A stretch of 63,940 bases of DNA, the filler included, from Catajapyx aquilonaris (taxonomy: Eukaryota): assembly GCA_000934665.2 (NCBI GenBank). It is 3 parts of 3 records of this genome, joined end to end, with 100 filler letters (N's around TTAATTAATTAA, not from the genome) between each part and the next. Parts side by side here need not be neighbours in the genome. Positions count along the whole stretch, not along the records: positions 34,542 to 63,940 come from JYFJ02007013.1; 2 more parts are not named here. One strand, written 5' to 3'. Each line of letters opens with the position of its first letter. Position 1 is the first letter of the stretch. Shown piece by piece: positions 50,211 to 63,344 of the stretch. The position numbers and the translations under genes were made by a program. A model generated the notes under the pieces. It searched no databases. It was not told the DNA's origin and saw only the letters and a list, made by a program, of their open reading frames with translations.

Positions 50211-52021
50211 AAATGAAAACTTTGATGTACTGCCGGGAACTCTGGAATCAATTGTTTGAAAGTTTAAAAGACAAGGAGGCTTCACAATGAAAAGGAAACA
50301 AGGACATATTGCAGATGCAGTATATGTATAGGCTGTAAGGAAAAGCTACCTGAACCACTTAATTCCTCTTCGATACAACGTTGAATGTCATCAGTGCACT
50401 GCAAAGGATAAGTGTGTACATGTACACAGATAGCCTGTATGTGGAATTGTCTGCACCGCACCACACTTGTAGTGTACATGTACACCTAAATAAAGTATGA
50501 AGCTAGTACCTCAACTGGCTAAATATACATACACACCAAGAATCTGTGTCGTTGCACATGAAAGGTGCGTACATGTACACAGTTCGTCCTTGTAGTTGCA
50601 CGGAAAGGTGTGTACATGCACACAGTTCGTCGGTGTAGTTGTACACGGTGAGTGTATACATGCACACAATTAACGTAATTGCATGCACCACTCCTCGCTT
50701 GCTAGGTCGTGCCAGGTACAATTATTTTCCAATTTTTTTCGCTATTATTAGCCGAAGTAGTTATTCTGGTGCTGCTTCTGACATATCTGGCACGAATGAC
50801 GTGTCAAAATTGAGTAGGGGGCCCAAATTTCGACACCCTTATGTTGTGTTCCTCTTGTTAGAAAATGGCTGAACGCAGCAATGTAAGGAAAATGAGTGTT
50901 AATACATTGAACATTTACCTACTATCAGTCTCGCAATGAAAATTTTCCTAAAATCATAGGAAAAAAGCACAATATCGAAAAAGTGAGAACACCCATTTTG
51001 TCAGTTTCAAAAAAAAAGTGTTCCTAATTTCGACACCTGCGTTTTAATGGGAGGAGAGGTGTAAAAATGGATTTACAAATTTGTGAATCACTGAAAACTT
51101 CGCTGGTCACTGCTGGCGTCTGGTAATCTCTCTCAAGTCTCAAAGCTCGCGACGTTTTTAGAGTCCTTTTTTCTACCCAGGGAGCCTGAGGAGAGCCTGT
51201 ATAATGAGGGGAGAATTCACGAGGATGATGTACTGTAGGTGCAGTAGAAGGAAGCAAGATAAGCTGGAGGGGGCTGAAATCCAGACTAACTTTAAAAGAC
51301 GACGAGAAAGCAAGAGGATCCCTAAAAAGTAGGGGGATGGCGAGCAAGGGCAAGAGAGGTTTGGTCTTTTTGGGATGTCGTAATAAATCTCCCCATCTGG
51401 GGAGTGTCATGTTGAGAAAACCCGAGAAGGCAACCTGCTTGCCAGTTGAAGGAGAAGGTCTAGTTTATGGCTGCTCGATCCAGTTCCCCCAAACCGAGTT
51501 TTGTGACGTCACGTCCACCCACCCACCCTCCCTCCGGAAGGGCCAAGCTTGTGGCCATTATACCCAACATTCCTCGGCACACTTCGAAGCGATTCATGGG
51601 AAAACAATTGAAATATTGAATCCTCTGCTGCCATGACGAAACGCCAGGCCAAAGTCATGGGCAGAATAACTGACTCTTCCCCACCTGTTATACGTGCATG
51701 CAAAAAATAAATAAAAAATCGTGAATGACTGTAATGACATTTATTAAACTGAATTCCTAGCCTCTTGGGACTTCTCTCGTTGGCCAGGAACCGTTAAGCC
51801 AATCGACCTCGGTGTTCACAGGTACTCAATCAACCAATAAGACGGAAGCACAATAAAATCATGACTACTTCTAAGCCTAAACAAATCTCACATATCTATA
51901 TATAACTACTTCCATTTACTGAGATAAACCCCCATATACTCACCAATACTAAAAATACACACTGTAGTAGTGCCCATCACGTACAAGCTTAATTAAACTA
52001 ATCCGTCTCTTGGGCTCAGGC

Positions 52022-52342
52022 TTATCCTCTTGGGCTTTTCCTCGTCGGCCAGGTATTGTTCAGCCAATCAGCTTCAGCTTCCACGTGTACCCGCAACAAC
52101 AGCTCCTGTAATAGGCCGCCATTAAATACTTCCACCCTCTCAATGTAGCGGCCGGCCACACCCTCCTCATCAAAAAGATTGATAAATTCGAGGCCAGTGA
52201 ATTCCACCACGGCATCGTCGGGGACATACTGCCATACGTCCCGGGGACCCTCGTCCCAATCCTCCTGCAGGAAGTGGGCGATGCTGTAGCCTATTGGCCC
52301 CGACTCATCAAATAAATTTTGGAGCTCGCTGCCGTCCATATC
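52022..52342 (-). other. Terminal exon of an unidentified acidic protein (copy 1), abutting a C2H2 zinc-finger fragment at ~52350-52500
   Basis: Open ~105-aa frame DGSELQNLFDESG...WLNNTWPTRKSPRG preceded by a ttttag acceptor. Near-identical copy at 59863-60192. Confidence 0.65.
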
Positions 52343-53324
52343 TAAAATCAATCGGTGACGCCTCATTTCATGAGGATAGCCGAAAACCCTCCCACATATT
52401 TCACACACACTAAGCTTTAACTCATTAAGACGCACACCTTCCACATGACGAGAGCCTTTCCTGTCGCAACTGGCACCACACAGTTTGCAGGAAAATAATT
52501 TTGGTTTACTCCGTCCTTGATTCCAAGCGCCCGGTGGGACGTTATGACCTTTGACCTAAGGCCATCCTGTACGAGAAGCCAATGTCAATCCATAGAATTG
52601 CTGTCATCCGCCGCCATCAGGATTCTTACGGTGCTCTGACACCGTGATTTTGTCAGCCCAGATTTTCTCGCGGAGCGTCTGCAAGTCGTCCAAGCCTACT
52701 ATACCTACACTATACCTACTATACTACTTGTATTGTCTCAATAGCCTACAATCCTCCCTGTACCATGACGAAAGCCTCATAGATCCGCGTGCCATAAATT
52801 CCCATATGTATTTGAAGCGACATAATTATTTGCACATGTCCTTTATAGTGGTAACTTACAGAGCTTACATCTTAAAATGGCCTGTCTACTTCTCAGATGT
52901 GTGGGTCAATCGGTGACGCCTCATTTCATGAGGAAGATACGCTGCCTAGTTGAACCGAGAGAAGGCTGGATCTCCTGGCACACCACACCATCCAGTCAGT
53001 CAGTGGAGGATGTTGCATCATCATCCGAACAATCAGTTCTTCAGTCCTGGTTAAGTGGGGCTCAACTGGCTGTTAACAGAACTGGAGAAGTATAGCAGGC
53101 CACTCTGAATTTGACTTTTAAGTTTGTCAATGTTTCCTGGATGGAATCATTGAAATTAACAAAAGCGTGAACTGTAATAATTATAACTTACTGTATTTTT
53201 CTCATTTGTGTGTCATGGAGCAAACCCCCCAGCTTTTTGGTGCCTTACTATGTAACTTACGAACAGTTAGGCTAACAGTGATGCCTGTCATGGGCCTCCT
53301 TGTTTCATTAGAGGCGAGGCAAAT

Positions 53325-53755
53325 ATGCTCATGGAGGCCTGCCAGGAAGGGAGGCTGGAAGAGGTGAAGAGGAGGGCTCCACTAGGCAGCAAGGACACCA
53401 GTCCACTTGCCGAACAGTGATCAGGGCAGGGGAAGATGATGGGGACCAGCCCATCCACCTCGCTAGTTGGGGAGGCCACGCCCAGGTTGTGGCCGAAAGT
53501 GTTTTTTAGTTAGTAACTCGCAGAGTCGCAGTGGCTTAACATTGCAAATAGCTGCTAGGAGTGAGGTCAACTGAGGTTTTTCTTACAAGCGAATGCTGGT
53601 CAAAAATGGTTGGCGAGCTCGTACGCCTTGGGGCGAATGTGAATTTCAAGGACGTTGCTGGTGGCAACACACCGTTACATGCGGCCATACGTAAAGAAAA
53701 CAACAGCGGTGTTGTCGCCTTCGGAGCAGACGCAGCAGTTACAAAAGAAGACGGG
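53325..53755 (+). pseudogene. Degenerate ankyrin-repeat fragment
   Basis: LMEACQEGRLEEVK, GDQPIHLASWGGHAQVV and LVRLGANVNFKDVAGGNTPLHAAI, with disruptions. Confidence 0.7.
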
Positions 53756-53759
53756 CTAT

Positions 53760-54480
53760 AGACCTAGTGAGTTCCCAATACGCTCAGTCTTAATAAATTT
53801 CTGAAGAAGCTCTACCATCCGTATGTACTGCAACCATAACGCAAGAGTCCTGCATCCATCAAGCTTTGATGCAAAAGCGGCTATACGGTCTTGTACTTTC
53901 TTAACAACTTCGGATACCGTAATTGTCTCCATAGACACTTCAGGATTGTGCATTAGGCTATCGAGGAGTGAACATGTATCTCTGACATATTGTTCTTCAG
54001 GATTACCAATACCTTCTTCAGCAACTGCCGAATACACAATCAGATGACCACGAACAGCCCTGGAGTTTGCTTTTCCTGTCATCACGTTTTTTACTGTGTT
54101 TTAGACACACACAATCTCCAGAATTTATTTCAACCCAGATCCAGCCATGGCGTGACCAATGCAGCCAATGAAACTCATAAACGTATGGAAGCCTCCCAGT
54201 CTAATGATCATCTTCAGGAAACTTTTTGAATTCTCATTTGCCACTATCCCAAGAGCGGTTGGTTGAAAGTCAGCACTGGTGTATAGCCATATTTTTTTTT
54301 TGCTTGCTCACTGATGTATTGCAATGTTGAGTAAATACAGGTAACGTTACTTGGAACCATGTCTATCATACTCGTAGGTAAGAACACAGTTGTAGCTTTT
54401 CCTGGGTGCTCGCCTCGATGAATCATCTGGCACAACCCGCGCCATTCAGGGGCAGGTAATTTCATAAAATGTGACAAACT
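53760..54480 (-). mobile_element. Degenerate transposase fragment (Academ-like, TFDQPL...RLGGFH type)
   Basis: HPGKATTVFLP..MIDM.PS..TCIYSTL, TPVLTFNQPL, IIRLGGFHTFMSFIGCIGHAMAGSG, MMTGKANSRAVRGH and RTLALWLQY...FIKTERIGN. The superfamily label is tentative. Confidence 0.65.
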
Positions 54481-55329
54481 CCTCAATATACAGGGTGTGT
54501 ACAAATGATTGCAGTTGTTTCAAAAAATCACTGTGGGTTTTTTATTAAGCATAGGATCCAAGTTGTTGTACAAATATATCGAGTCCCCTTGACACCAATG
54601 CAAAACAAGACGGAGGTCTCGACGTATGACCCAGGGTGATCATTATGGGTAGTTTTTAACTGGGAAGGTCATAAGCACATTGGACTTAACCTTACTATAC
54701 CTTACGATACTTTATAAATACCAAATACTCTGTATAAACACAAATCTTATGAATATTTTTATCCAACTCACAGAATACGTATGCAATTATCTGTTATCTT
54801 ACCAGATTCTGTCGGACAGACAGTTGTGTTGTTGACAATATCTGTCACCGACGAGGTGATAGTGTCCACTGAACGACTGGAATGAATTGCACATGTTCAA
54901 TAATCAATTAAGCCACCTTCTTTATAATTCCGCACTGTTTTCTAGATTACTCATAGCTTAATAAACTGACATGAGTATGATATATTATCATCACGATAAT
55001 TTTACCCTTGACTATTGGTGGCAAAAAAAAAAGCAGTTGGGGTGACATGGGGTTGCTCACTTACCTCAATTTCCCTTCTAATGATTGTATTTCCTGTTGA
55101 TATTTCATTTCCTCTTTTAATGATTGGAATTCCTGATTTGGGGACTTCATTGCCTCTTCCAATGATTTCATTCCCTCTCCTAATGAAGTAATATCCTATT
55201 TTGATGATGTCACTTCCTTCTTGATTTCTCTCACTTCTCGTGCTGCACAATGAAAAAAGCAAGNAGAGCAAGGAACATGGCCTACGAATGGAGACCAAAA
55301 CTTTGGCATAGTGGAAGTGACCTTCTACA

Positions 55330-56690
55330 GGGGCATTGCTTGATCTCCTGCATCCCCGCAGCTTCTTTTTTTAAATGCAGATGACGATGGCACTCCAAAA
55401 TACGCCATATGAAATTGTAAGAGGACTTTCATTACCTCCGGGTAATAGAAATCATTGTCATCATCAGTCGCATCCAGGATACTGGGAGATGGCATGGAAT
55501 TCTCCACTCTGTTCCAAATCAGCCGAAAATGGTGGTAAAAAGGGGAAGTTTCACGCAGATTTTTCCCACTCTCTGAATCCACATCCTTTGACATTTTAAA
55601 ATCACGTTGGGTACAATCCCCTACGTTCTGTCCATTCCTCTTGACAAGTCTTGCAAGTCGTCTCTTGGCAAATGTACACATCTCACTCTTCCGGGGACTT
55701 AGAATGAGCGTGCAAAAAGTTTCAAAAATATAAGTCAATTCCTCCAGTGTTGTACCCTCTTGCAGCTGTAACCCGAGCGGTAGGATACACGTACGTAAAC
55801 AAACTTAGTGGGTTCAGTCAGAGCAATACGTTTATTGTCGGAACTACGGACTCTTTGGGTATAGGCGGGTATGGGATAACAAGGTGAAGGTAAGGTGTGG
55901 GGAATGACCAGACGCTACGATATTGTCCCAGCGACTGGCCTGGAGTCAACAGCAGCTTTCCCTTTTATAGTGGGGTTAGGCGCTAAGCATGATGGGGTTT
56001 GCACGTGGAGTGCTTACATGACTGGGCTATGACGTTGGTACAAACATGTGCGAAATGTGGTGAGCGGGTGAGGTACAGCGTTGGCGAAATTTCGGGTCAC
56101 ACAGCAATGTCACAATTTGTAGGATATATTTCTTCACCTTTTTTGGCATGCTGTGACTCTTGCGGGTTAAATGTATAGATACAGCGTGAATGATGTGCGC
56201 ATTGCACAAGTGCACGCACGTACGTCCCTCGGAAAGTGCTATTCTCCATACAACAATTCCATGCTCGGTGCATGTAGGATGTTAGGCTTTCTTCATTAGC
56301 TGCCCTAGTGACTGCGTGCATCAGTGCAAAACTAAAGTCGATTTCCAGCAAAGGAACTTCAACCTTGCTGTGCTGTTTGTATAACCGCAAGACACCTGCC
56401 AGGAACTGATTCAGAGAAGGGACCCCGTGTGATCAGCTGAAATCATCTCTGCAAGTGGTACAGGTAGACCACCCTCTATAGCCCGGAAAAAAATGCATAG
56501 TAATATATCCGCTTGCCGTCGTACCATTTCGGTTTAATTATGACCGACCCTGTACTATTTAGGTATAATTTCTTGTACTTGGACCGGACATACGCCATGA
56601 TTTGATCACTTGAGTACATATGAACCCGAAAAGGAACATAATGTATCTCTTGCACAAAGTCACCAGCGATCCCATCTTCAGATAAGCGGG
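55330..56690 (-). mobile_element. NOF-FB/MULE-like transposase fragment interrupted by a solo LTR
   Basis: FVQEIHYVPFRVHMYS, LYLNSTGSVI, RIYYYA, IDFSFALMHAV and HLCNAHIIH. Confidence 0.7.
55767..56101 (-). mobile_element. Solo LTR (Gypsy-type, 335 bp)
   Basis: TG...CA ends with short inverted repeats tgtaacccga / tcgggtcaca and 4-bp TSD cagc (55763-55766, 56102-56105). Minus-strand TATAAAA and AATAAA. Excision restores the host frame IVTLL-QEGTTLEEL. Confidence 0.88.
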
Positions 56691-56889
56691 TAAAAATACT
56701 TTCACCCACTTTATGCGTGCAGATTTGACCCATGTATGTGGGTGAAATGACCCACATACATGGGTAGAAATGTGTGACACGCATAATGTGGGTCGCCCCA
56801 GTCTCAAAACCCGCTTAAGCGTGTAAAACATTTATACCCACGTATGTGAGTCACTTGACCCATGAGGTGGCGGCAACAGTATGGGGGCG

Positions 56890-57080
56890 GACCGTGCTTT
56901 GCGGGCCCAAACAACTCCTTGCATGCTCCTTTGATGTTGGCTCCGCGATCTGTGACTACTCCGATTACTTTCCCCACCTCTATCTGCCACTCGGCGCACA
57001 GAGAAGAAAGAACAATTTTTATGTTCTCGATGGTCTTTCTTTCCGACATTTGTCTGGCGCCCAGGTTCACTTCAGGTTCA
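56890..57080 (-). mobile_element. hAT (ZBED-like) transposase fragment
   Basis: MSERKTIENIKIVL...EWQI..GKVIGVVTDRGANIKGAC. Confidence 0.7.
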
Positions 57081-57889
57081 TTTCAGAACCTGTAAAATAA
57101 AAATTCGTAATATTATAATCGTATTTTGGTGGGAAGGGAGGTGCAGAAAACTACAAGACCAATTAACCCTTTCATTGGGGTAGTCCACTTTTGTGGCTTT
57201 TTTCACATTTAGGCCTACATATGGACAAAATTTCCCAAACTCCTACCCGCTCATCAGCAGTGTTATGCAGAGTCTCATCAGCCAGGATAATCCTTTCTGA
57301 AGATAAGTATGCCAATGTGAGTCAAGAACTGCCCCTTATCAAGATAATTGGGATAGGGGAAAGGTCTCATTTTATAAACTTGAAATTATTTGCATTCTGC
57401 TATGGTATTTTTTGTAAAATTGAGGGTTACTTTATATTCATTATGATCCGGCCTGAATCCAATTTCTACTTCTAAAAAGCACTACTATAGGTGTTTTATG
57501 AGTTTCTCAGGATTTGCAAATTCCATAATCCACAAAGGTGAGTCACTTATCTGACAATGAGAGCTGTCTAGCTTACTTATAGAATAAATAGATAATTCCT
57601 GACACCATCGTCACATAACTTACACAAAAACAATTGAAGGGCTTAAGTCAAAATGGCTCTTAGTGCCAAGAAGAAGAAATTTAGGAAATCAACCAAATGA
57701 GTTTGAGGAAGGTACTGTTAATATCACACATCCCAAATGTCTACCAATTACAGACCGCATAAATGTCATATCCTCCTGAGACCTGATGCACCCCCTTCAT
57801 TTGGTCAAAATTATCAACACCCGTAATGAACTTTGTATAGTCTCTAATTATTATGGCAGGACAAAGCAATGCTATTCTGCTACGATCTT

Positions 57890-58105
57890 TCTGTGCCCAT
57901 TAGCAACACAGCACGCTGTTTTGTTCTTCTCTTGTTCTTGTTCAACAACAACACCCCAACTATTCTGGCACCTCCTTCTCACGTGCACAACATCACTTGC
58001 TTTATGAGCAGTGATCATCACATGCACAAGGCGTTTGTCACGCCACTGTAATGCAGCAATTGGACCTTTCGTCGAACACACATATTCCCCTCTGGGAATT
58101 CCTCC
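57890..58105 (-). mobile_element. piggyBac (PGBD-like) transposase fragment
   Basis: PRGEYVCSTKGPIAALQWRDKRLVHVMITAH. Confidence 0.7.
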
Positions 58106-58609
58106 CCCCCCCTCCCTTTCTACTATTTCTGCAGTGCATTCCCTTTTCATATCCACTACATTATCTGTACTATCTCTCTGCAGTATGCCAGAGGTATGAC
58201 AAAAAATTCAGAAAATGCAATCATATGAGGTTGACGCTCTGTACAACAATAGTAGGTTGGCACCCCAGGCAACGATGGGAGGCTACCCAACTCCAGACAA
58301 TAATGGTGCTCCGTAGCGCAGTTCGATGCAAGCCCTGCGCAAGTATCACGAGGTCAACCATTGTTACCCTGAACTGGACGAGTTGGACCACGTGAACATG
58401 TCCTTAGAAGATCCTTACGGAGGCGAGGGCAAGGGTTAAGGGGTGAGCACTTGGATTAGTCAATTATGGGGGGGAGTACTGTACAGGCCACTCCTTCAGG
58501 TCTTGCCTTGTCCCACTTCGATGTCGGCAGCTTTTCCTCATACATCTGCAGAATACAGTGAGAAATTTACTTAAGTTGGTCATTCACAAGATCAGGATTA
58601 TGCAAAATA

Positions 58610-58935
58610 ACATTCACGTACCGAGTGATATGGGGCATTATCCATCACAACCAGAGTGGGCTCTTTGCCTAGGTTGGAGATCAACTGAGCCTTCAACCAC
58701 TGCAAGAATTTGTCGCCGTTCATCTGCCCGTGGTAATCCGGATTCATTTGGTTTCCACTGGAGAACAGCAAGCCCGCGCCAGGTACAAACCCGTTTTCAC
58801 TTCCAGCATGGACCACTATGAAACGGGTCCCGTCTGACTGCGGCATGTTAATGCAAGTGGCTGCTCTGCCATCCTGCCAGCCGTACTTTGATGTCGCATT
58901 TTGGAAGATCCTAGTTTCGTCCATCCAGACGTCCA
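58610..58935 (-). mobile_element. Tc1/IS630-family transposase fragment
   Basis: VWMDET, RFIVVHAGSENGFV, DYHGQMNGDKFLQW and VVMDNAPYHS. Confidence 0.85.
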
Positions 58936-59109
58936 GTTTTGGCTGGGGTGAATTAGCGTTGTTCCGCATTCTTCTGAGAAATGCTGTTCGCTTGTCTGCA
59001 ATGTCAGTTGTCCATTTTTTTCCACTGGAAGCCCAGCTTCTTCAGGATCTTCAGCAAGTTGAAAAGTAAAGCGACGTAGATCGGTTATGGAAACACGATA
59101 AAAACGTTT

Positions 59110-59365
59110 TTACAAGCCTAGTAAATGGTTCAGCAATTCTTGTTCTTCACTAAAAATGGTCGTGTACTTTCCTAGATTTTTTTTGTCTTCTACAGCATCA
59201 ATGTTCTTATGCAAAACCCTTCTCTTTGAAGTATTGCGAGGCACATGGAAGTTCTTTGCCGCCGTAGCATACGCCAGGCCTTCACTTCGTACAGCATTAA
59301 TGGCCCTCTGCATGTCAGCAGGGTCCCACCTCTGCTGATATGTTATTCGTCTGTAGTTGCGTCAT
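59110..59365 (-). mobile_element. pogo/Tigger N-terminal HTH_psq fragment
   Basis: RWDPADMQRAINAVR...YATAAKNFHVPRNT..RR...LGKYTTIFSEEQE. Confidence 0.75.
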
Positions 59366-59399
59366 GGACATTAATTTATTTAGGGTAGGTTCAGTCGAC

Positions 59400-59590
59400 T
59401 TTCAAGTTTTTTGTTGATCAGGTCTAGATAATAACTTAACCCTTCTGCCTCTCGCCGAGTGTTGACTTCCTGGTCACTATCAGCATGTAGAGAATGTAAT
59501 GCTTGTTTAATTTTATCAAAGCCCCCATACAATGCATGAACGGCATCAAACAGTGCCGACCATGTGTCAGACACCAACGTGTTGACCATA
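59400..59590 (-). mobile_element. hAT (ZMYM-type) transposase fragment
   Basis: VSDT-WSALFDAVHALYGGFDKIKQAL...TRREAEGL, followed after a deletion by LINKKLESRL. Confidence 0.6.
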
Positions 59591-59862
59591 AGAAGCAGAG
59601 AAATGTCCCCACGAATAACTACCAACACATTGATAAAATGGCCTGCGACTAATAGTCCTTCATTGGCGATGATTGTGTTCATGATGTCGCTTAGTTCTGT
59701 GGTGGCGTCTCTCAGAGATTCACACGTCTCTATGTGATCAATATTATTTGAACAGTCTTGTGGGACTTGAACAATTCGCATACCATACAACACAAAATAT
59801 AGTCAGGTCCAATGCCGTGTAAAAATACACACTGTAGTAGTGCCCATCACGTACAAGCTTAA

Positions 59863-60192
59863 TTAAACTAATCCGCCTCTTGGGCTTTTCCTCGTCGGCC
59901 AGGTATTGTTGAGCCAATCAGCTTCAGCTTCCACGTGTACCCGCAACAACAGCTCCTGTAATAGACCGCCATTAAACACATCCACCCTCTCAATGTAGCG
60001 GCCGGCCACACCCTCCTCATCGAAAAGGTTGATAAATTCGAGGCCAGTGAATTCCACCACGGCATCGTCGGGGACATACTGCCATACGTCCCGGGGACCC
60101 TCGTCCCAATCCTCCTGCAGGAAGTGGGCGATGCTGTAGCCTATTGGCCCCGACTCATCAAATAAATTTTGGAGCTCGCTGCCGTCCACATC
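59863..60192 (-). other. Terminal exon of an unidentified acidic protein (copy 2)
   Basis: Segment 59821-60197 duplicates 51951-52347. Acceptor tttcgttttag; open frame. Confidence 0.65.
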
Positions 60193-60435
60193 TAAAACGA
60201 AATAATGACGAATGAGCCTACTTTGATTGGTTTATTATAAGCGCCTTCACATCTTCATCTCATTAAAAATACTTACTCATGACTGTACATGCAGATCGAC
60301 GACACATGTTTCTGATGGCGGGGAACCTGGAAAACAATTATTAATCAGTCTCATTGAACTTTTTGTTTTGGTCTCAGAAGTATGCGATATACATTATATT
60401 ATTGATTGAATGAATACGCCTATGAGACTAATGAG

Positions 60436-61087
60436 TAGAGGCCGGATTTTTAGGCACGAAAAAACACCGAAATAGGCACAACATGTGTGCACAATTTTTA
60501 CTTTTTCGGGCGTATGGAGGATAATGTTAAAGAAAATTAAAAAGCTGGAATAATTTTATAGGCCTAAAGTACGTATACTGTATAAGGTCACAAACCATAG
60601 CAAAAACCGAATAACAAAGATAAACTGACATGATATCACGAAGCTTGGGCAAAAGACACGAAGTGCAAGCAAGTCTCACTTGCTCTGGACTCTATACGGC
60701 TTAGATATCCTGTTTCCACTTGCGTATTATGTTGCCAAATATATGCGTCACGGAAACATGATTCGTATTACTTCTGAACGGTTTTGGTCCTTTCAGGAGC
60801 ACAAAAAATACTCCGCAAAAAAACGCGACCATGCCTCGGAAGGAATGGACCCGTAATAGGCCCAAAAAGTCGGGCAATTGCTTCAAAAGTTCAAAAACTA
60901 TCCAAAAAAGGCCAAATAGGCATGAAAAGGCGCGAAAAGCCAGAATAGGCCAAATAGTTCCAAAAACCACGATATTAGGCACTATAAAGCCTACACTTTC
61001 CACATCCTGCACTTATGAAACGGATAGATCTCTTCACAAACCCATCCCAACTAATAAATAGGCATTTGCCTAAAAATCCAGACTCTA
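60436..61087. mobile_element. hAT-type non-autonomous element
   Basis: TIRs tagaggccggatttttaggca / tgcctaaaaatccagactcta (19/21) with 8-bp TSD ctaatgag / ctaatcag. The interior is homologous to ~35490-35560. Confidence 0.8.
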
Positions 61088-62239
61088 CTAATCAGAGCAA
61101 TATGATGCCTTTCGATGCGCCTCTCACAGTGGGTTAAAAGGCAATAATTCTAGCAACTAAAAAGTAGCTGTCGATTTCATTATCGAGCTTAATAATGTAT
61201 GACTATTGTAAAAAAGAAAGAAGCACCAAGACACGGTTATAGAAATTTGTGGGATACCGTACGTGCAAGTTATAGAAATATACAGGGGGAGAAGTCCTGC
61301 GAGATTCAATTAAAATCATGTGCATGCGCGCCCCGTACAAAATGGTGACATAATGCAGGGCTCTTGATTGAGTGTTGGGTGGGCTAGACCCCCGGCAGGA
61401 GGGTTCACCCCTATAAGCTCCTCCCTCCCCCATTCACCTGCTTCTTCGACCACCGCCTACTCACCTGTGCAAACCACCTATGGAAAAGTCACGCCTCTCT
61501 CGGGGTATAATTCCAGGACGTCCGCCCCTTTTTTCTCTCAGAATAACACCCTCCATTTTTTTTGATGAAATTTTGCATGCAGGTCCCACAAGTGGACCAG
61601 TAAGTAAATACCCAATTTTGGGATACCTACGTTCAATAGGTCAAGAGTTATGCCATGGGCAAAATTGAAGAAAATACAACTCTGAAACATAGACGCGGTA
61701 TAGAGTCACTAGCAAGACGTTTATGATTTTTTTCCGACACTTTTCGAATCTGCCCCACTGTGCTCCGGAGGTATATCGCAAAAATGCACTTATGATCGAG
61801 AATTGCCCTTACCTATATAGATTCCAGCAAAAGGTCGGCGTGTCGTTCTTCTCTGTCGGCTTCATCCTCCCTTCGCCTTCCTGAAATGAAGTAAATTTCA
61901 ATCATGTTAAAGAGCACACACTATTGAGCAGGGGGGGATGGACAAGGAATGTATAAGAGAACCGTATTAAGAAAAAATCAAAGGTAAACACCCCCAGGAG
62001 CGCTTAGCATAAGACGGTTGGGAACCATTTGTGGCAGCGCTGCTTGTAGTTATCATTCTGTGGGAATGGAAGGGAATAAGGGACGAGTGACCGTACCTTC
62101 TATGTCCCGTCCTCTTCCGTCCCCAGCACCTTCCAAGTCTACGGGCTGGGGTTATTCCACACCGAGTCCGTCTGGGTTATAGTTTTCATTGTTGGTATAA
62201 TAATATTTCCAGTTTTCCAGTTTTTTTCTTCAGAAGTCA

Positions 62240-62660
62240 TTACTGGTAGAGGTACTGGTATAGGAGATGTTTGTACTTCTTACTGCAATACTTACAACTG
62301 AACTCCCTCTTCTCTGAATGGGACCTTTGGTGTACGAGCAAAAGCCGCTCGTGGCGGAACTTGTTACAGCAAACACCACACGTCAATTCCTCGAGGCTCT
62401 TCTGTGCATTGACGTGCCTCAAGAAATTGCCGTGTCCATAAATATGCCTTTTACAGAGTTTGCACGCATACCCCTTCTTTCTTGTGCACACGTTATTTTT
62501 TTTTTGTGCTCCTTGGCTCCCGCCAAAGAGCGAAACACCTTATGACAACTGGGGCAAGTCATTTTGACTTGACATGTTTTTGCCTTTATGTGGCTCATCA
62601 TGTTGGCCCTTTTTCCAAATGCCCTGTGGCACTTTTTCATCCTCCCTTCGCCTTCCTGAA
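62240..62660 (-). pseudogene. Multi-C2H2 zinc-finger fragment, frameshifted
   Basis: CPSCHKVF, YACKLCKRHI...FLRHV, CGVCCNKF..ERLLLVHQRSHSEKREFSCKYCSKKY. Frameshift in the T run at ~62495-62505. The acceptor region is duplicated at ~61860-61935. Confidence 0.75.
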
Positions 62661-63344
62661 ATGAAGTAAATTTTAAAGAGCACACACTATTGAGCAGGGG
62701 GGGAACAATCTTGGCAGATTGGGCCAGCTCTCGCTTGAGGCGCTCGACCACTTGCTCCGCGTGGTGCAGCTTGTCCTGGACACCTTTCATAAAGTGATCA
62801 TATTTTGAAAGCCAGAAAACACACCCTCCCTTCACGTAAAGCAAGTTATACTGTCTAGGGTTTATCGCTTTATGTTCTTAGACATACGTAGTTTGCCTAT
62901 CTTTATTATGTGACACATTAATTTTCGCATGTGTCCTTTTGGAATACACGATACAGTGACACATTCGATCGCTTGAACCTCCCAAGTACGGGAACCTTCA
63001 AAGGCGGGACATTTGAGCGTCCCCGGGGGCAGGACGGGGGCCTAAAAAGCAGGACGTCTGGTCACATTTATACCATTCAGCTCACGGTTGTCTTCCTCTG
63101 ATTCAGCGAGACGGCCCCTCAGTTCAAACATCTCGGATTCTCGTTCATCTTAGAGCTGTTTGAAACGGGTCCCGGTCATCCGTCGTCGGCCAACTTTTTT
63201 GGACACACCTGTTGTCTGTGGTTGTGGTTGTGAGAGGGCCGCAGCAGCTGCAGGCGGATATTCCTTGGCCGCTATCGCTATCGGCAGCTAGAAAACAATA
63301 GAATTAGGAGAAATTTACAGACATATACAGTGCAGCACATTCCT

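Noticed and set aside
50370..50700. Spaced gtgtacatgtacac-type palindromic repeats (similar case at 56720-56870) as a CRISPR-like array
   Set aside because: Degenerate, irregularly spaced repeats in eukaryotic DNA with no cas genes; more like transposon subterminal or minisatellite repeats.
61125..61762. CACAGTG...CACTGTG ends suggesting a Transib/RSS-like element
   Set aside because: The TIR match is only ~9 bp and there is no 5-bp TSD (cctct vs ctccg).
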